This document shows, one piece after another, positions 1 to 11,061 of a stretch of DNA of 64,000 bases. Source of the DNA: Bdellovibrionales bacterium (lineage in GTDB: Bacteria; Bdellovibrionota; Bdellovibrionia; Bdellovibrionales; JAUICD01); the NCBI GenBank assembly GCA_965262715.1, contig OZ253553.1, forward strand, positions 576,001-640,000, read 5' to 3'. The notes beneath the pieces were generated by a model that ran no database searches, was not told the origin of the DNA, and was given only the letters and a program-made list of their open reading frames with translations. The first letter of the stretch is position 1; each line of letters begins with the position of its first letter. The position numbers were made by a program, and so were the translations under genes.

Positions 1-606
1 GTTTCTATGGCTCTCAAAAAATTGACTGATATGGTGTATACGTGTTGCCTTATAGAAATCATTCGCTCCAGGAGAATAGGCCGTAGGTATGTAATTGTGA
101 CTTCCTTTATCAACAACAAAAACTATTTTTATCTGTGGAGGAACAAAAGGATTCACCATATTGATTGTATTACTATTACAAGGAGGTGTTGCAGCAAATT
201 GAGGGCAACCAGATTGACAAGGGGGATTTGGCACTTGAGGACAAGATGGACAAGTGGCTTCTGCTGGAAGCCTTTCTGGAACATGAGATGGATTATTAAA
301 AGAAAGTTCTAGAGGTGTAGCAGGAATAGGAGGACGAGGTATTGGTCTGTGTTGAGGTGTTGGTCTATGTTGAGATGTTGTTGGAGGCATATTATTAGGT
401 AAACTCAGACCTCCTGAAACTTCTGAACCTGTGTTTTCATTTAAAGTTAAACCAGTATCAGAATTTTCTAAAGATAGTTCTCCTTCATTATTATTTTCAT
501 TATTATTTAATACAGAATCTTCGTTAATTGGCTCCATCTTTGACCCAGAACATGCTGAAATTAAACAAATAAGTAAAGCTAATAAAATAGGTTTTAATAA
601 TTTCAC
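1..606 (-). CDS. Lipoprotein with Pro/Cys-rich linker and probable vWA-like domain (runs off the window edge)
   Basis: Not in the ORF track. My translation from GTG at 606 (GAGG upstream) is open to position 1: MKLLKPILLALLICLISAC (lipobox)...CPSCPQVPNPPCQSGCPQ...IKIVFVVDKGSHN (vWA-like first strand). Confidence 0.75.
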   Translation of the reverse strand, partial: MKLLKPILLALLICLISACSGSKMEPINEDSVLNNNENNNEGELSLENSDTGLTLNENTGSEVSGGLSLPNNMPPTTSQHRPTPQHRPIPRPPIPATPLELSFNNPSHVPERLPAEATCPSCPQVPNPPCQSGCPQFAATPPCNSNTINMVNPFVPPQIKIVFVVDKGSHNYIPTAYSPGANDFYKATRIHHISQFFESHRN

Positions 607-1228
607 AGTTGCACCTCATGCTTTTTGTTTGTTGTTAATAAAATTAAATTGGTTAGCTTTTAAAAAACACAATTCTAATCATATAGAGGCAAAATGGGGG
701 CCATAATCATGTCTCTAATTGAAACAAATGATAGAAACTCATACTCAATATGACTTTTGATACTACTTAAATATGACCTTTGACACTATAAAAATTGATA
801 ATCTCTAGCCTATATATTAGAAAAGATGAAATTATTATTTTTTAAAAAATCAATATTTAGAAAAAACAAGACATAGGCTTTGAGCTTTTCATAACAGAGT
901 CTAGCTTCTGCATAAAACAAAAGATGAGGTAAACACTGGTTTTTCTGTCAAAAATATAACTCTGTTAAATATATAAACAAAAAAATGCTTTTTAGTATTT
1001 TACAGGTTTTGTAGATCACAAGTTGCCGAAAACAGATTGCCGGCTTGCCAGACCCCAGACAAAACTCTTACTAAAGGAATAAACATCTTTTTTGTCACTT
1101 TAATGTCCCTTTCGGGGAAGGCTCCCAATCCCTCACCTTTAGACGACGCTCAATTTTCAGTTATGTGAATTTACAAGCTTATAATATCAGATATAGTATA
1201 GTACTTATTGCTAATAATTTAGATTAAA

Positions 1229-1450
1229 GAGCCTACAGCAGGTATCTTCACTTGCAGCAGGCACCCCCGCACATCACAAAAGATTGTGACTATAATTTTT
1301 TTGATAGGATAAACATTTTTTTAGAATTTTTGGTTTAAATGTGGTGGCCTGAGCCAGGTCAGAAACCTGCCGTAGGCTTAAATAAATTTTAGTCAACTTC
1401 TAATTGACTTTTCATTTAAACCCCTCGACTTCAAGTCGAGGGTTGTTTAG
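1229..1450. other. Structured intergenic element: long imperfect hairpin plus IS200/IS605-like terminal hairpin
   Basis: GAGCCTACAGCAGGT (1229) pairs with ACCTGCCGTAGGCTT (~1365-1379) with nested inner stems; adjacent hairpin CCCTCGACTT-C-AAGTCGAGGG (~1421-1442). Confidence 0.4.
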
Positions 1451-1453
1451 TTA

Positions 1454-2431
1454 TTAGATTGTAGTCGTGGTAGTAGTAGTAGTAGTAGTAGTAGTGGGGA
1501 TATTAGTGGTTGTTGTAGAGGTGCTAGTAGTAATTGTAGATGTGTAAGTGGTAGTTGTGGAAGTGCTAGTAGTAGGTGAGGTTTCATCTAAAAGCAGTAT
1601 ACCACTAGTCATTTTATAACTTTCTTCACTATAAGTGATACAATTCTCACCTTCTAGCTGAGTGAAAAATTCTAATGTGATGATATCCCCCTCTACGATG
1701 TTTAATCCAATTAAACTCAACAGGGTGTGTTGACCAACATTGAATGGGCTACCTTCAACTCTTTGACCATTATGTCTTACTTCCCATAGGCCATTGCTTA
1801 TATTCATTACCTCTCCGTCGGATCTATCCACAAAAAATGAAAATTCATTGAGCGGCAACGAAGTTGATGTAGAGTTTAAGATATCTTCAAGAGGTGGATC
1901 GTCTGATACAGTTTCATTATTATAAATCTCTAAAGGGGAGTCTGCGCATTGTCCAATCACTATATTTCTACCTATAGTTAATGGAGATACATTCTCTAAA
2001 GCTGTTATATCTACTGAAATATCATATACACCTATTTTATTAAAAGACCATTCGTAATTGGGTTGATCTGTTATCCTTTCGCTATCATCTTGGTTGAGAA
2101 CAGCTAGATTACCCAAATCTTCATGTAGAGAAATAAACCATTCAAAATTTGTGTACGCTTCAAGTTCAGCCTGGTCGCTAAAAGCCTCTACAACAAATGT
2201 CACTGAAGTATTAACAGCAAAATCATCAGCGAGAATCTTTACAACATTCGAGCCTCCATCTGGTAGTAGTAAAAGGTTAACAGTATTTGTTGTTGATTGG
2301 CGATGTGATGCTAGATCGATTATATGTCTTTGATTTTGACAATTTTGAAATCCAATTATTAAAATCAGAAAAAAAGAAAATGATATGAAGATAGATAGAT
2401 ATTTCTGACTTTTTTTTCCAAATCTTTGCAT
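1454..2431 (-). CDS. Exported FQNC-type lipoprotein with Thr-rich C-terminal tail
   Basis: Hydrophobic N-terminus ending GFQNC; poly-Thr tail encoded by (GTA)n on the + strand. Confidence 0.7.
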   Translation of the reverse strand: MQRFGKKSQKYLSIFISFSFFLILIIGFQNCQNQRHIIDLASHRQSTTNTVNLLLLPDGGSNVVKILADDFAVNTSVTFVVEAFSDQAELEAYTNFEWFISLHEDLGNLAVLNQDDSERITDQPNYEWSFNKIGVYDISVDITALENVSPLTIGRNIVIGQCADSPLEIYNNETVSDDPPLEDILNSTSTSLPLNEFSFFVDRSDGEVMNISNGLWEVRHNGQRVEGSPFNVGQHTLLSLIGLNIVEGDIITLEFFTQLEGENCITYSEESYKMTSGILLLDETSPTTSTSTTTTYTSTITTSTSTTTTNIPTTTTTTTTTTTTI

Positions 2432-2480
2432 TATTGAAATACCTTTAAAAAGATATAATTGACGGCTTTTTATATAAGTA

Positions 2481-2507
2481 TTTCGGTAGAAGCCTTAAAA
2501 TACTTAA
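2481..2507 (-). promoter_or_regulatory. sigma28/FliA-like promoter candidate
   Basis: Minus strand TTAAG-N16-CCGAAA, 50 bp upstream of the 2431 start; the same geometry recurs at 53336 and 55437. Confidence 0.5.
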
Positions 2508-2704
2508 ATAAAATATCTCTTTGTCTATGGATTTATATTAAGTATCAAATAAATCTGATAGCCTTATTGTAATTTCTTGCCTAAAACTGCATTTCTGAAA
2601 TCTAATTTACTGCTATCATGTATTTTTGAGATGGCTTTTAAAAGAAAGCTTTTTAGACTAAAAATCTTTTGAATTTTTTTCATTTTAGTGTTTTAATATT
2701 ACTT

Positions 2705-3208
2705 ATGAGAGAAGGTAAGATTTTACATACGAGGCAAATTGATAAAAGGGTTTTTGATCAAGATCTAAAATTTCTACATAGAACCAATTTAACCCCTACA
2801 TTAAAAAATGACACAAATGTAGAGCCAATAAAGGAAACATCAATTAAGAATTCTTTATTCTCTTCAGGTATCAATGAAGCTCAAGATAAAAAAGAGTATT
2901 TTCAACTCTTAAAAAAGATTCAATTTTTAGAGAATAATTTTCAATGGATGTTGGAATGCCTAAAACAAACCATAAAGGATCATAAAAAGCAATATGATAA
3001 GTTATTTGAAAAAATCCAAACCATTAAAAAGAAAGATGAGCAAATAGAAATACTTGTGGAAAGGCAAGACCAGATGGTTTTAATGTTCCAGCAGAAAGTT
3101 CATCAATTGCAAAATCTCATTAAACAGCAAGAAGTCAAACTTATCAACACTCAGTCAGCATTGAGTGAAGCTCGTCAGCACTTAGAGCGTATGAAAAATA
3201 GTAAATAA
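2705..3208 (+). CDS. Coiled-coil hypothetical protein
   Basis: Q/E/K/L heptad-like C-terminal half; in-frame ATG at 2705 preferred over TTG at 2669. Confidence 0.65.
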   Translation: MREGKILHTRQIDKRVFDQDLKFLHRTNLTPTLKNDTNVEPIKETSIKNSLFSSGINEAQDKKEYFQLLKKIQFLENNFQWMLECLKQTIKDHKKQYDKLFEKIQTIKKKDEQIEILVERQDQMVLMFQQKVHQLQNLIKQQEVKLINTQSALSEARQHLERMKNSK

Positions 3209-3325
3209 TTTTCCTAAAAGTCATTCGTTTATATCATATATTATAAAAAATGCTTGTTAAGCTCTAAGAAGTTGTTATACATAGGTTATTAAAAAATTGT
3301 AAGAACAATTAAAGGTAATAATAAA

Positions 3326-4555
3326 GTGGACTTTTCCTACATTCAAGATCAATTTCCAATTTTAAAGCAAAAGATAAATGGATATCCTTTAGTTTATTTA
3401 GATAGTGCAGCCACTAGTCTTAAACCAAAGTTTGTTATAGATAGAATAACCCAGCATTATTTGATGCAGGCTTCAAATGTTCACAGGGGATCTCATACGT
3501 TAAGTGATCAAGCTACCACAGACTATGAAAATGCAAGGTCTACTCTACATCAGTTTTTAAATACATCCTCAAATGAAGAAGTGGTTTTTACTCGCAGTAC
3601 AACAGAATCTATTAATCTTATAGCAAGTTGTTTTGGGGAAGTCTACTTACAGAAAGGTGATGAGATATTGATCACAGAGATGGAACACCACTCTAATATT
3701 GTTCCTTGGCAAGTTTTAGCTCAAAAAAAAGAATGTACTCTTAAATTTGTTAAAGTAAATGAATATGGAATTCTTAATCTTGATCAGGTGCAGGAGTTAT
3801 TAAGTCACAAAACGAAGATCTTTGCATTCACTTTTATTTCAAACACTCTTGGAACAGTAAATCCGATCAGAGATTTGATAACATTGGGTCATAAAGTAGG
3901 GGCAAAAGTGATTATAGATGCTGCTCAAGCTTTAGCGCATACTCAGATAGATATTCAAAAACTTGATTGTGATTTTTTAGTTGGTTCTGCCCATAAGATC
4001 TTTGGACCTACAGGTATTGGTTTTCTATGTGGTAAAAAGGATTTATTAGAAATGATGTTACCTTATCAATATGGTGGTGGAATGATATCAAAGGTCAGCC
4101 AATATGAAAGCACCTATGCAGATATTCCCCAAAAGTTTGAAGCAGGAACCCCTCATATTGCAGGTGCCATTGGTTTTGCTGAAGCTCTTAAATTTTTTCA
4201 AGGCTTTGCCTATACATCTATTGAGCAACATGAGCAAGAATTAATAAAACAGGCAATAGATGGTTTAGCAGATATAAAACGTGTACGTCTTATTGGTAGA
4301 GTAGATCAGGTGGGAGCTTGTAGAAAATCTGTGATCTCATTTGTTGTAAAAGGATGTCATCATCAAGATATAGGGCAGCTTCTCAATAACTATGGAGTGG
4401 CTGTAAGGACAGGCCATCACTGCACTCAGCTTTTAATGGATAGATTTCAAATAGAAGGTACAGTGAGGATCTCTTTTGGTCTTTACAATACCCGCCAAGA
4501 TATTCAGCACTTTTTAACATCTCTAGAGAAATCCATTCAGCTTTTAAAGGCTTAA
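3326..4555 (+). CDS. sufS: Cysteine desulfurase, SufS family
   Basis: YLDSAATS, EHHSN, SAHK (PLP lysine), RTGHHC. Confidence 0.95.
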   Translation: MDFSYIQDQFPILKQKINGYPLVYLDSAATSLKPKFVIDRITQHYLMQASNVHRGSHTLSDQATTDYENARSTLHQFLNTSSNEEVVFTRSTTESINLIASCFGEVYLQKGDEILITEMEHHSNIVPWQVLAQKKECTLKFVKVNEYGILNLDQVQELLSHKTKIFAFTFISNTLGTVNPIRDLITLGHKVGAKVIIDAAQALAHTQIDIQKLDCDFLVGSAHKIFGPTGIGFLCGKKDLLEMMLPYQYGGGMISKVSQYESTYADIPQKFEAGTPHIAGAIGFAEALKFFQGFAYTSIEQHEQELIKQAIDGLADIKRVRLIGRVDQVGACRKSVISFVVKGCHHQDIGQLLNNYGVAVRTGHHCTQLLMDRFQIEGTVRISFGLYNTRQDIQHFLTSLEKSIQLLKA

Positions 4556-4665
4556 TTATAGGCTTTTTAAGAAAGTCTATCTGTTTTTAATGTTTGACTT
4601 ATTCTCATTAATTATATAAAAAAACCTTATGTTTATATAAAGTATGAACACAAATAAGGTCAATT

Positions 4666-5673
4666 ATGTTAAAATATTTTTTAAGCCGTCTTTATGCTTT
4701 GATATTCACATTTATTGGTGTTTCCATCGTAGCCTTTGGATTTATACGTGCTTTACCTGGAGACCCAGTTCAAGTCATGCTTGGAGAGAGAGGTGCTGAC
4801 CCTAAAGTTTATGCTGAAATGAGGGCTACTCTAGGCTTGGATCAACCTCTTCATATACAATATTTTAAATTCCTTTATAGGGCTCTGCAAGGAGATCTTG
4901 GTGCTTCTATTATAACAAATACTCCTGTTACTGAGGAGTTTTTTGCGCGTTTTCCTGCCACACTTGAATTAGGCTTTGCCGGACTCCTATGGGCTATCCT
5001 ATTAGGTGTTCCACTTGGTATCCTTATTGCTCTTAAAAGAAATTCTTCTTTTGATTACACTGTGATGACAGGCGCTCTCTTTGGTTATTCCATGCCTATT
5101 TTTTGGTGGGGACTTATGCTAATTTTATTTTTTTCTGTCTACTTAGGAATAACTCCTGTATCTGGGCGTATAAATGTTTTATACGATATTCCAACGATCA
5201 CAGGATTTTTATTCATTGATTCCTTATTTAGTGGGCAACAAGGGGCTTTTTTCAGTGCTTTCAGCCATTTGATCCTGCCAGCTATTGCCCTTGGAACCAT
5301 CCCTTTAGCAGTGATCACACGTATGACCAGATCCAGTATGCTAGAGGTTTTAAGTGAGGATTATATCCGAACAGCCAAAGCAAAAGGATTAAGCAAATTT
5401 GATGTAGTGGCCATTCATGGTTTAAGAAATGCCCTGATCCCTATTGTTACGGTGATTGGCCTTATGTTGGGCACTATCATTACAGGGGCTATTTTAACAG
5501 AAACCATTTTTGCTTGGCCGGGTATTGGCAGATGGTTGGTTTTTAGTGTAAATTCTAGAGATTACCCTGTTATTCAAGGGGGTATTTTACTGATTGCTAT
5601 TATGATTATGTTGATCAACATGGCAGTAGATATGACCTACGTGATTATAAATCCTAAAATTAGAGGTCTATGA
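4666..5673 (+). CDS. dppB: Dipeptide/oligopeptide ABC permease
   Basis: PGDP, GLDQPL, DYIRTAKAKGL, RDYPVIQG. Confidence 0.9.
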   Translation: MLKYFLSRLYALIFTFIGVSIVAFGFIRALPGDPVQVMLGERGADPKVYAEMRATLGLDQPLHIQYFKFLYRALQGDLGASIITNTPVTEEFFARFPATLELGFAGLLWAILLGVPLGILIALKRNSSFDYTVMTGALFGYSMPIFWWGLMLILFFSVYLGITPVSGRINVLYDIPTITGFLFIDSLFSGQQGAFFSAFSHLILPAIALGTIPLAVITRMTRSSMLEVLSEDYIRTAKAKGLSKFDVVAIHGLRNALIPIVTVIGLMLGTIITGAILTETIFAWPGIGRWLVFSVNSRDYPVIQGGILLIAIMIMLINMAVDMTYVIINPKIRGL

Positions 5674-6570
5674 ATGAGTGAAACATGTTCTGCGCCACAG
5701 AAAAAGCAGTTACCTATGCACCCTTTAATAGAGTTTTGGTATTTCTTCTCTCAAAATAGGGGAGCTGTTATTGGGTTATTTCTTATCATCATATTTATAT
5801 TTATTGCTCTACTAGCTGATTTAATTGCGCCTCATAATCCTAGTGAGCAATTCACAGACCATATAAGGGTATTTCCTGTATGGACAGGAGGTAACTGGAG
5901 ATTCATTTTAGGTACTGATGACTTAGGACGAGATGTTTTAAGCCGTCTTATTTATGGAACAAGAGTATCTCTGACTGTTGGGTTTTTAGTGGTTTGTTTT
6001 TCAGCTACAACAGGGGCAACTCTCGGGTTGATTGCAGGTTATAGCAGAGGGTTTTTAGATCAAGCTATTATGAGACTTACTGACATATTAATGGCTTGGC
6101 CCAGTGTTTTGCTGGCTATTATTGTAGCATCGCTTTTAGGTCCTAATCTATTCAATGCCATAGTCGCTGTAAGTGTTGTAGCTATACCTAGCTTTATCAG
6201 AGTTGCAAGAGCCTCTGTGTTAGCTGAAAGAAATAAGCAATATGTGATAGCAGTGAAAAGCTTTGGCAGCAGTCATTTTCGAATACTGATTTTGAATATC
6301 CTTCCTAACTGCATTGCGCCACTCATTGTACAAGCGGCATTGAGTTTCAGCGATGGTATTTTAAATGTGGCTGCCTTGGGCTTTTTAGGGTTTGGTGCTC
6401 AACCTCCTACAGCAGAGTGGGGAACCATGTTATCAGATGCTCGTGATTATATTCAGACAGCATCCTATTTAGTCACACTTCCTGGCCTTTGTATTTTAAT
6501 TGTTGTTCTTGCTTTTAACCTTTTAGGAGATGGGCTTCGGGATAGTTTTGATCCGAAGTTAAAGAGATAA
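5674..6570 (+). CDS. dppC: Dipeptide/oligopeptide ABC permease
   Basis: LGTDDLGRDVLSRLIYG, EWGTML, GDGLRD. Confidence 0.9.
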   Translation: MSETCSAPQKKQLPMHPLIEFWYFFSQNRGAVIGLFLIIIFIFIALLADLIAPHNPSEQFTDHIRVFPVWTGGNWRFILGTDDLGRDVLSRLIYGTRVSLTVGFLVVCFSATTGATLGLIAGYSRGFLDQAIMRLTDILMAWPSVLLAIIVASLLGPNLFNAIVAVSVVAIPSFIRVARASVLAERNKQYVIAVKSFGSSHFRILILNILPNCIAPLIVQAALSFSDGILNVAALGFLGFGAQPPTAEWGTMLSDARDYIQTASYLVTLPGLCILIVVLAFNLLGDGLRDSFDPKLKR

Positions 6571-7574
6571 TGAATCTGTTAACTGTAAAAAATCTTACTA
6601 TAGAATTTGAAACACTGAGAGGAAGGCTTAGGGCAGTTGATAATGTCAGTTTCGAGCTTAAAAAGTCAGAAACATTGGGCATTGTCGGAGAATCAGGATG
6701 TGGAAAAAGCCTTACAAGCCTTGCAATTATAAGACTGCTCTCTCCAAATGCTATTATAAAAGCAGACACTTTGATGTTTAAAGATATTGATCTTTTAACT
6801 GCAAGTCCAAAAACGTTGCGTTCTTTGCGCGGATGTTCTATTTCGATGATTTTTCAAGACCCTATGACAAGCCTTAACCCTAGCTTTACTGTAGCTTTTC
6901 AAATGAATGAGATTTTACGTGTTCACAATATGGGGACAAGGCTTGAACGTAAAGATCGAGTTTTAGAGCTATTGCATTTAGTGGGTATACCCGATCCAAA
7001 ATCTTGTATCAAAAGATACCCTCATGAGCTTTCAGGTGGAATGACTCAAAGAGTGATGATTGCTATGGCCATGTCTTGCAATCCAGATCTGCTTATTGCT
7101 GATGAGCCTACAACAGCATTGGATGTCACAATGCAGGCACAAATTCTTGCCCTACTTCAAGAGCTTCAAAAAAACTATGAAATGGCACTTATGCTCATTA
7201 CACATGATATTGGGGTGGTTGCTCAGATGGCTGATAGGATACAAGTGATGTACACAGGACGAATTATAGAATCAGCATCAGCTGATAGCATTATTCGAGA
7301 GCCTCAACACCCTTATACTCATGGATTACTGCAAGCTCTTCCTGAATTTCAAGGATCGTTGGATGATAATAAAAGAAAACGCCTTAATAGCATCAAAGGC
7401 GTTGTACCTGACCTTATCCATAGACCTACAGGTTGCCAGTTTCATCCAAGATGTGGTTTTTGCCAAAGTAAATGTGAACAAGAGACTCCCACTTATACAC
7501 AGACCAAAACAAATCACTACACCAAATGTTTTTTTCCTCTTTTATCTAAAGAAGCAAAGGAAGATATCTTATAA
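6570..7574 (+). CDS. dppD: Peptide ABC transporter ATPase
   Basis: [23 protein letters not shown]-terminal Cys cluster. Confidence 0.9.
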   Translation: MNLLTVKNLTIEFETLRGRLRAVDNVSFELKKSETLGIVGESGCGKSLTSLAIIRLLSPNAIIKADTLMFKDIDLLTASPKTLRSLRGCSISMIFQDPMTSLNPSFTVAFQMNEILRVHNMGTRLERKDRVLELLHLVGIPDPKSCIKRYPHELSGGMTQRVMIAMAMSCNPDLLIADEPTTALDVTMQAQILALLQELQKNYEMALMLITHDIGVVAQMADRIQVMYTGRIIESASADSIIREPQHPYTHGLLQALPEFQGSLDDNKRKRLNSIKGVVPDLIHRPTGCQFHPRCGFCQSKCEQETPTYTQTKTNHYTKCFFPLLSKEAKEDIL

Positions 7575-7606
7575 TGAAGAATGTTCAAGAGAAGGAATAT
7601 CACTAA

Positions 7607-8572
7607 ATGATCAACAAACCTATTCTATCTGTTAACAATGTTAAGAAATATTATAAGATCAAAGGGTTTTTCTCTAATAAGGGTATAGTTAAGGCTGTAG
7701 ATGATGTGAGTTTTGAGTTGGTAAAAGGAGAAACCCTATCTATTGTGGGCGAATCAGGCTGTGGTAAAAGCACTCTTGCAAGGTTATTGATGAGGGTAGA
7801 GCCAAGAACAGCTGGAAAATATATGCTTTGTGACAAAGATATAGATATAAAGGGTCATTGGCCCAAAAATGAATTTCATAGAACTATACAAATGATTTTT
7901 CAAGATCCTTATAGCAGCATAAACCCAAGAAAAAAGGCATGGCAAATTGTTGCAGAACCACTTTTTGTCAATACCAATTTTTCAGTTAAAGAGTGCCGCC
8001 TAAAGGCGATGGAGGCCTTTGAGCAAGTTGGAATTAGAAGAGAGTGTATCAATCGCTATCCTCATATGTTTAGTGGTGGACAGAGGCAGCGCATTGGTAT
8101 TGCAAGAGCTTTAGTATTAAAACCTAAAATTTTAGTATGTGATGAACCTGTCTCTGCGCTTGATGTCTCTGTTCAAGCACAAGTTTTGAACTTATTAATG
8201 GATATTCAAGAGCAGATGGACTTAAGTCTTATTTTTATTTCACATGATCTTTCTGTTGTAAGACATATTTCTGATCGTGTTTTGGTCATGTATTTAGGCA
8301 GAATTGCAGAGATTGGAGCGCGTAATGATGTGTTTCAAAAACCCATGCACCCTTATACAAAAGCTCTTTTAGAAAGTAGACCTCAAATACTCAAAGGTAA
8401 AATAACACAACATCGCTCTTTAAAAGGAGAGTTGCCTTCACCGATGAATCCCCCTCCAGGTTGTATCTTTCATTTGAGATGTCCAAAGGCTACTGATATT
8501 TGTAAAAAGAAGATTCCTCCTTTAAGGCAAATAAGTAATCAAAAAGTGGCTTGCCACCACCCTGAGGTTTAG
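7607..8572 (+). CDS. dppF: Peptide ABC transporter ATPase
   Basis: [25 protein letters not shown]. Confidence 0.9.
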   Translation: MINKPILSVNNVKKYYKIKGFFSNKGIVKAVDDVSFELVKGETLSIVGESGCGKSTLARLLMRVEPRTAGKYMLCDKDIDIKGHWPKNEFHRTIQMIFQDPYSSINPRKKAWQIVAEPLFVNTNFSVKECRLKAMEAFEQVGIRRECINRYPHMFSGGQRQRIGIARALVLKPKILVCDEPVSALDVSVQAQVLNLLMDIQEQMDLSLIFISHDLSVVRHISDRVLVMYLGRIAEIGARNDVFQKPMHPYTKALLESRPQILKGKITQHRSLKGELPSPMNPPPGCIFHLRCPKATDICKKKIPPLRQISNQKVACHHPEV

Positions 8573-8612
8573 AAGTTTTTCCTAGTGGTTATTTACCTTT
8601 CAGAGAGAAAGT

Positions 8613-8700
8613 ATAACCTATGTGTCCAGGATGGGCCTCTGGCAATCGGGCAAGCCGGCAATCAGTTCCCAGCAGCTGCTTGCCGGACTACTCCCGGGTA
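8613..8700. repeat. GC-rich palindromic intergenic repeat (family B) with IS481-like end
   Basis: AACCTATGTGTCCAGGATGGGCC is the near reverse complement of GGCCCATTCTGGAGACATAGGT (~14183-14204); CTGGCAATC/TTGCCGG motifs shared with ~1025, 14110, 16840, 39305, 57680. Confidence 0.6.
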
Positions 8701-8853
8701 GATAAAGATACTTTGAAATTGAACTATCGTGTTATTTGTGCAATATATATGAATCTGTCCGTCAAGCAAGTAAAAAAATATTGACTTTGCAATCTCTTTA
8801 ATCAAAATATGCCTTAGGTAACTTCAACTTTATTTAAAATCAAAGGAGTCATT

Positions 8854-9450
8854 ATGGCTATAGAATTGCCACCACTGAATTATAAACAGGACGCTCTAAG
8901 TCCTTACATTTCAGATGAAACAGTGAATTTTCATTACACAAAACACCATAAAGGTTATGTCAATAAGCTCAATGCAGCTATTTTGGACACACAGTGGGAT
9001 ACAAAATCTTTAGAAGAGATTATTCAGCAAGTCCCTCAGGAAGGGAAAGGGATAGGTATTTTTAATAATGCCGCACAGATATGGAATCATACACTTTATT
9101 GGAATAGCCTTTCACCTCAAGGAGGAGGCATTCCCACAGGGTCTCTTCAAGATGCTATTTGTGAGAGTTTTGGTTCTTTTGAATCTTTCAAAAATGATTT
9201 TACCAAAGTAGCTACAACGACTTTTGGCTCTGGTTGGGCATGGGTTGTTCTATCATCATCTTCAAAAAAGCTAGAAATTATGTCTACAAGTAATGCTCAA
9301 ACACCTTTAACAAATAGTGGGCTTAAACCTATTCTTACTTGTGATGTTTGGGAACATGCCTATTATATTGACTATCGCAACGCAAGGGATAAATACATTG
9401 ATGCTTTTTGGAATGTTGTCAATTGGAAGTTTGCTGCTCAAAATCTTTAA
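8854..9450 (+). CDS. sodB: Fe/Mn superoxide dismutase
   Basis: FHYTKHH, FNNAAQIWNH (Fe-type AAQ), DVWEHAYY. Confidence 0.93.
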   Translation: MAIELPPLNYKQDALSPYISDETVNFHYTKHHKGYVNKLNAAILDTQWDTKSLEEIIQQVPQEGKGIGIFNNAAQIWNHTLYWNSLSPQGGGIPTGSLQDAICESFGSFESFKNDFTKVATTTFGSGWAWVVLSSSSKKLEIMSTSNAQTPLTNSGLKPILTCDVWEHAYYIDYRNARDKYIDAFWNVVNWKFAAQNL

Positions 9451-9541
9451 TTTTTAGCGACAACATTGTAATTTCTGTGCAGATAAGATTCCAATAAGTA
9501 AGTATAATAGTAGCTTAAATATTTATCAAACCAATAATTAA

Positions 9542-9973
9542 TTAAGCTACTTTTAATACCTTTCTTTGACTGCGTGGTCTGGATAGATCAATGTTGTATA
9601 ATTTTACCTTTCTATAAAGTGTTGCTCTACCAATACCAAGAGATGCAGCTGTTTTTGTAAGATTACCTTTAAATACATAAATAGCTTCTTGAATGGCTAC
9701 TTTTTCTACATCCTTGATTGTTGAGGTTGATGGACCTGTTGCTTCTGAGTGTTTTGAAGTATTATCAGGAAAAGGTACAACTTGCCCCATGTTTGAATGG
9801 TTAGGAGTTGTGAAAAATCTTGACCTGAAAGCAGGGTTAGAAAGCCCATTTTGCCATTGAAGCGAAGTAAAAGTCTTGATGTTATAATTATATTCGTTTG
9901 ACCATTGCCTGGCTTTGTGAATATCGTCCTGGTTATCACTGATAAAAATTAAAGTAGAGTTGGGATTGATCAT
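9542..9973 (-). CDS. Fis-type HTH protein
   Basis: C-terminal GNLTKTAASLGIGRATLYRK. Confidence 0.85.
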   Translation of the reverse strand: MINPNSTLIFISDNQDDIHKARQWSNEYNYNIKTFTSLQWQNGLSNPAFRSRFFTTPNHSNMGQVVPFPDNTSKHSEATGPSTSTIKDVEKVAIQEAIYVFKGNLTKTAASLGIGRATLYRKVKLYNIDLSRPRSQRKVLKVA

Positions 9974-10392
9974 AACAACCTTCCTTTTTGGTTTTTTTTA
10001 TTAAAATTTATTCTTTGTATTAAATACATCGGTTCATTGTATTAATTTATTAAATACTTTCTGATACATTTTATATCATAAAAGTCCTGTCACATTTAAA
10101 CTATATAACCGACTAATATTACAAAGAAAAAATACTGATATAGCTTTTAATATACAGGCTATTTCCATTCATTTAGACACAATATTTACAATCATCTCTT
10201 ATTTTAAATGTGCTTTTTTAAAACATTTTGTTTCACTGAAATGCATTTGATTTTACTTAATGTCATGAAAATAAAAACTGTTAAAGAAAATATCAGAACA
10301 GAACAAAATTTGTCATCTAAGAGAATTGCCTTAGTAAAGGATATAAAGAAAGACTTCTTCTTGAAATAAAAGGACTTTAAGAGAGTATTTTT

Positions 10393-10408
10393 TGGCACTA
10401 ACTTTGCA
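10393..10408 (+). promoter_or_regulatory. sigma54 (-24/-12) promoter
   Basis: TGGCAC-TAACT-TTGCA, exact consensus spacing, ~43 bp upstream of CDS 10451. Confidence 0.75.
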
Positions 10409-10450
10409 CTTACTAAATATAAGCAATTAAGAAAGCAAGGAGATAATCTT

Positions 10451-10963
10451 ATGATGACAAAACAAAATAATAAGCAAATACAGTCTATTTTATACGTAAC
10501 ACTGTTATTCTCAACTTTAATACTTACCACAGGGTGCTTTGGTAAGCCTGACGGAGCTGTTGTTAATACTGGCGGCCACAGAATGGGTAACAATGGATAT
10601 CCTAATCCAAATCAACTAAATCAACCTCAAAATGGCTCATATATATCAAATTCTGTTTTTGAAAGCTTTGTAGGTGAGCCTTTAGTAGGAGCTGTTATAG
10701 ATATGACAGTTGAATTTTATGATAATGGTGATATTGTTACCATAGTTATATTGGACGAACATCCCTTACAAGATCCTTTTGAAGCTACCTTAAATTACAG
10801 CGGCCATGATCAAGGATTTGTCTCTTTTAGTGATGATACAGGTACAGTCTATTTTGAAATAACAGAGGATCCATCAGTTTCTCAGATTTACTTTGAAAAT
10901 ATAGATGGCACATCTGGTATCTTAGGAGATATTGATACTTGTAGAGTAGAAGGCACCTGCTGA
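10451..10963 (+). CDS. Hypothetical lipoprotein
   Basis: LILTTGC lipobox, GGAG RBS, acidic mature part. Confidence 0.75.
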   Translation: MMTKQNNKQIQSILYVTLLFSTLILTTGCFGKPDGAVVNTGGHRMGNNGYPNPNQLNQPQNGSYISNSVFESFVGEPLVGAVIDMTVEFYDNGDIVTIVILDEHPLQDPFEATLNYSGHDQGFVSFSDDTGTVYFEITEDPSVSQIYFENIDGTSGILGDIDTCRVEGTC

Positions 10964-11061
10964 AACATCTTATAATCTTCAGCTGAGCTTTTTAAACCTC
11001 AAAAGTGACCTTTAGATTTTATACTTGCAAAGCTATGGTTATTTGAGTAAATGAGTGTATT

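Noticed and set aside
7..706. Plus-strand ORFs 7-312 and 431-706
   Set aside because: Shadows of the minus-strand lipoprotein gene starting at 606.
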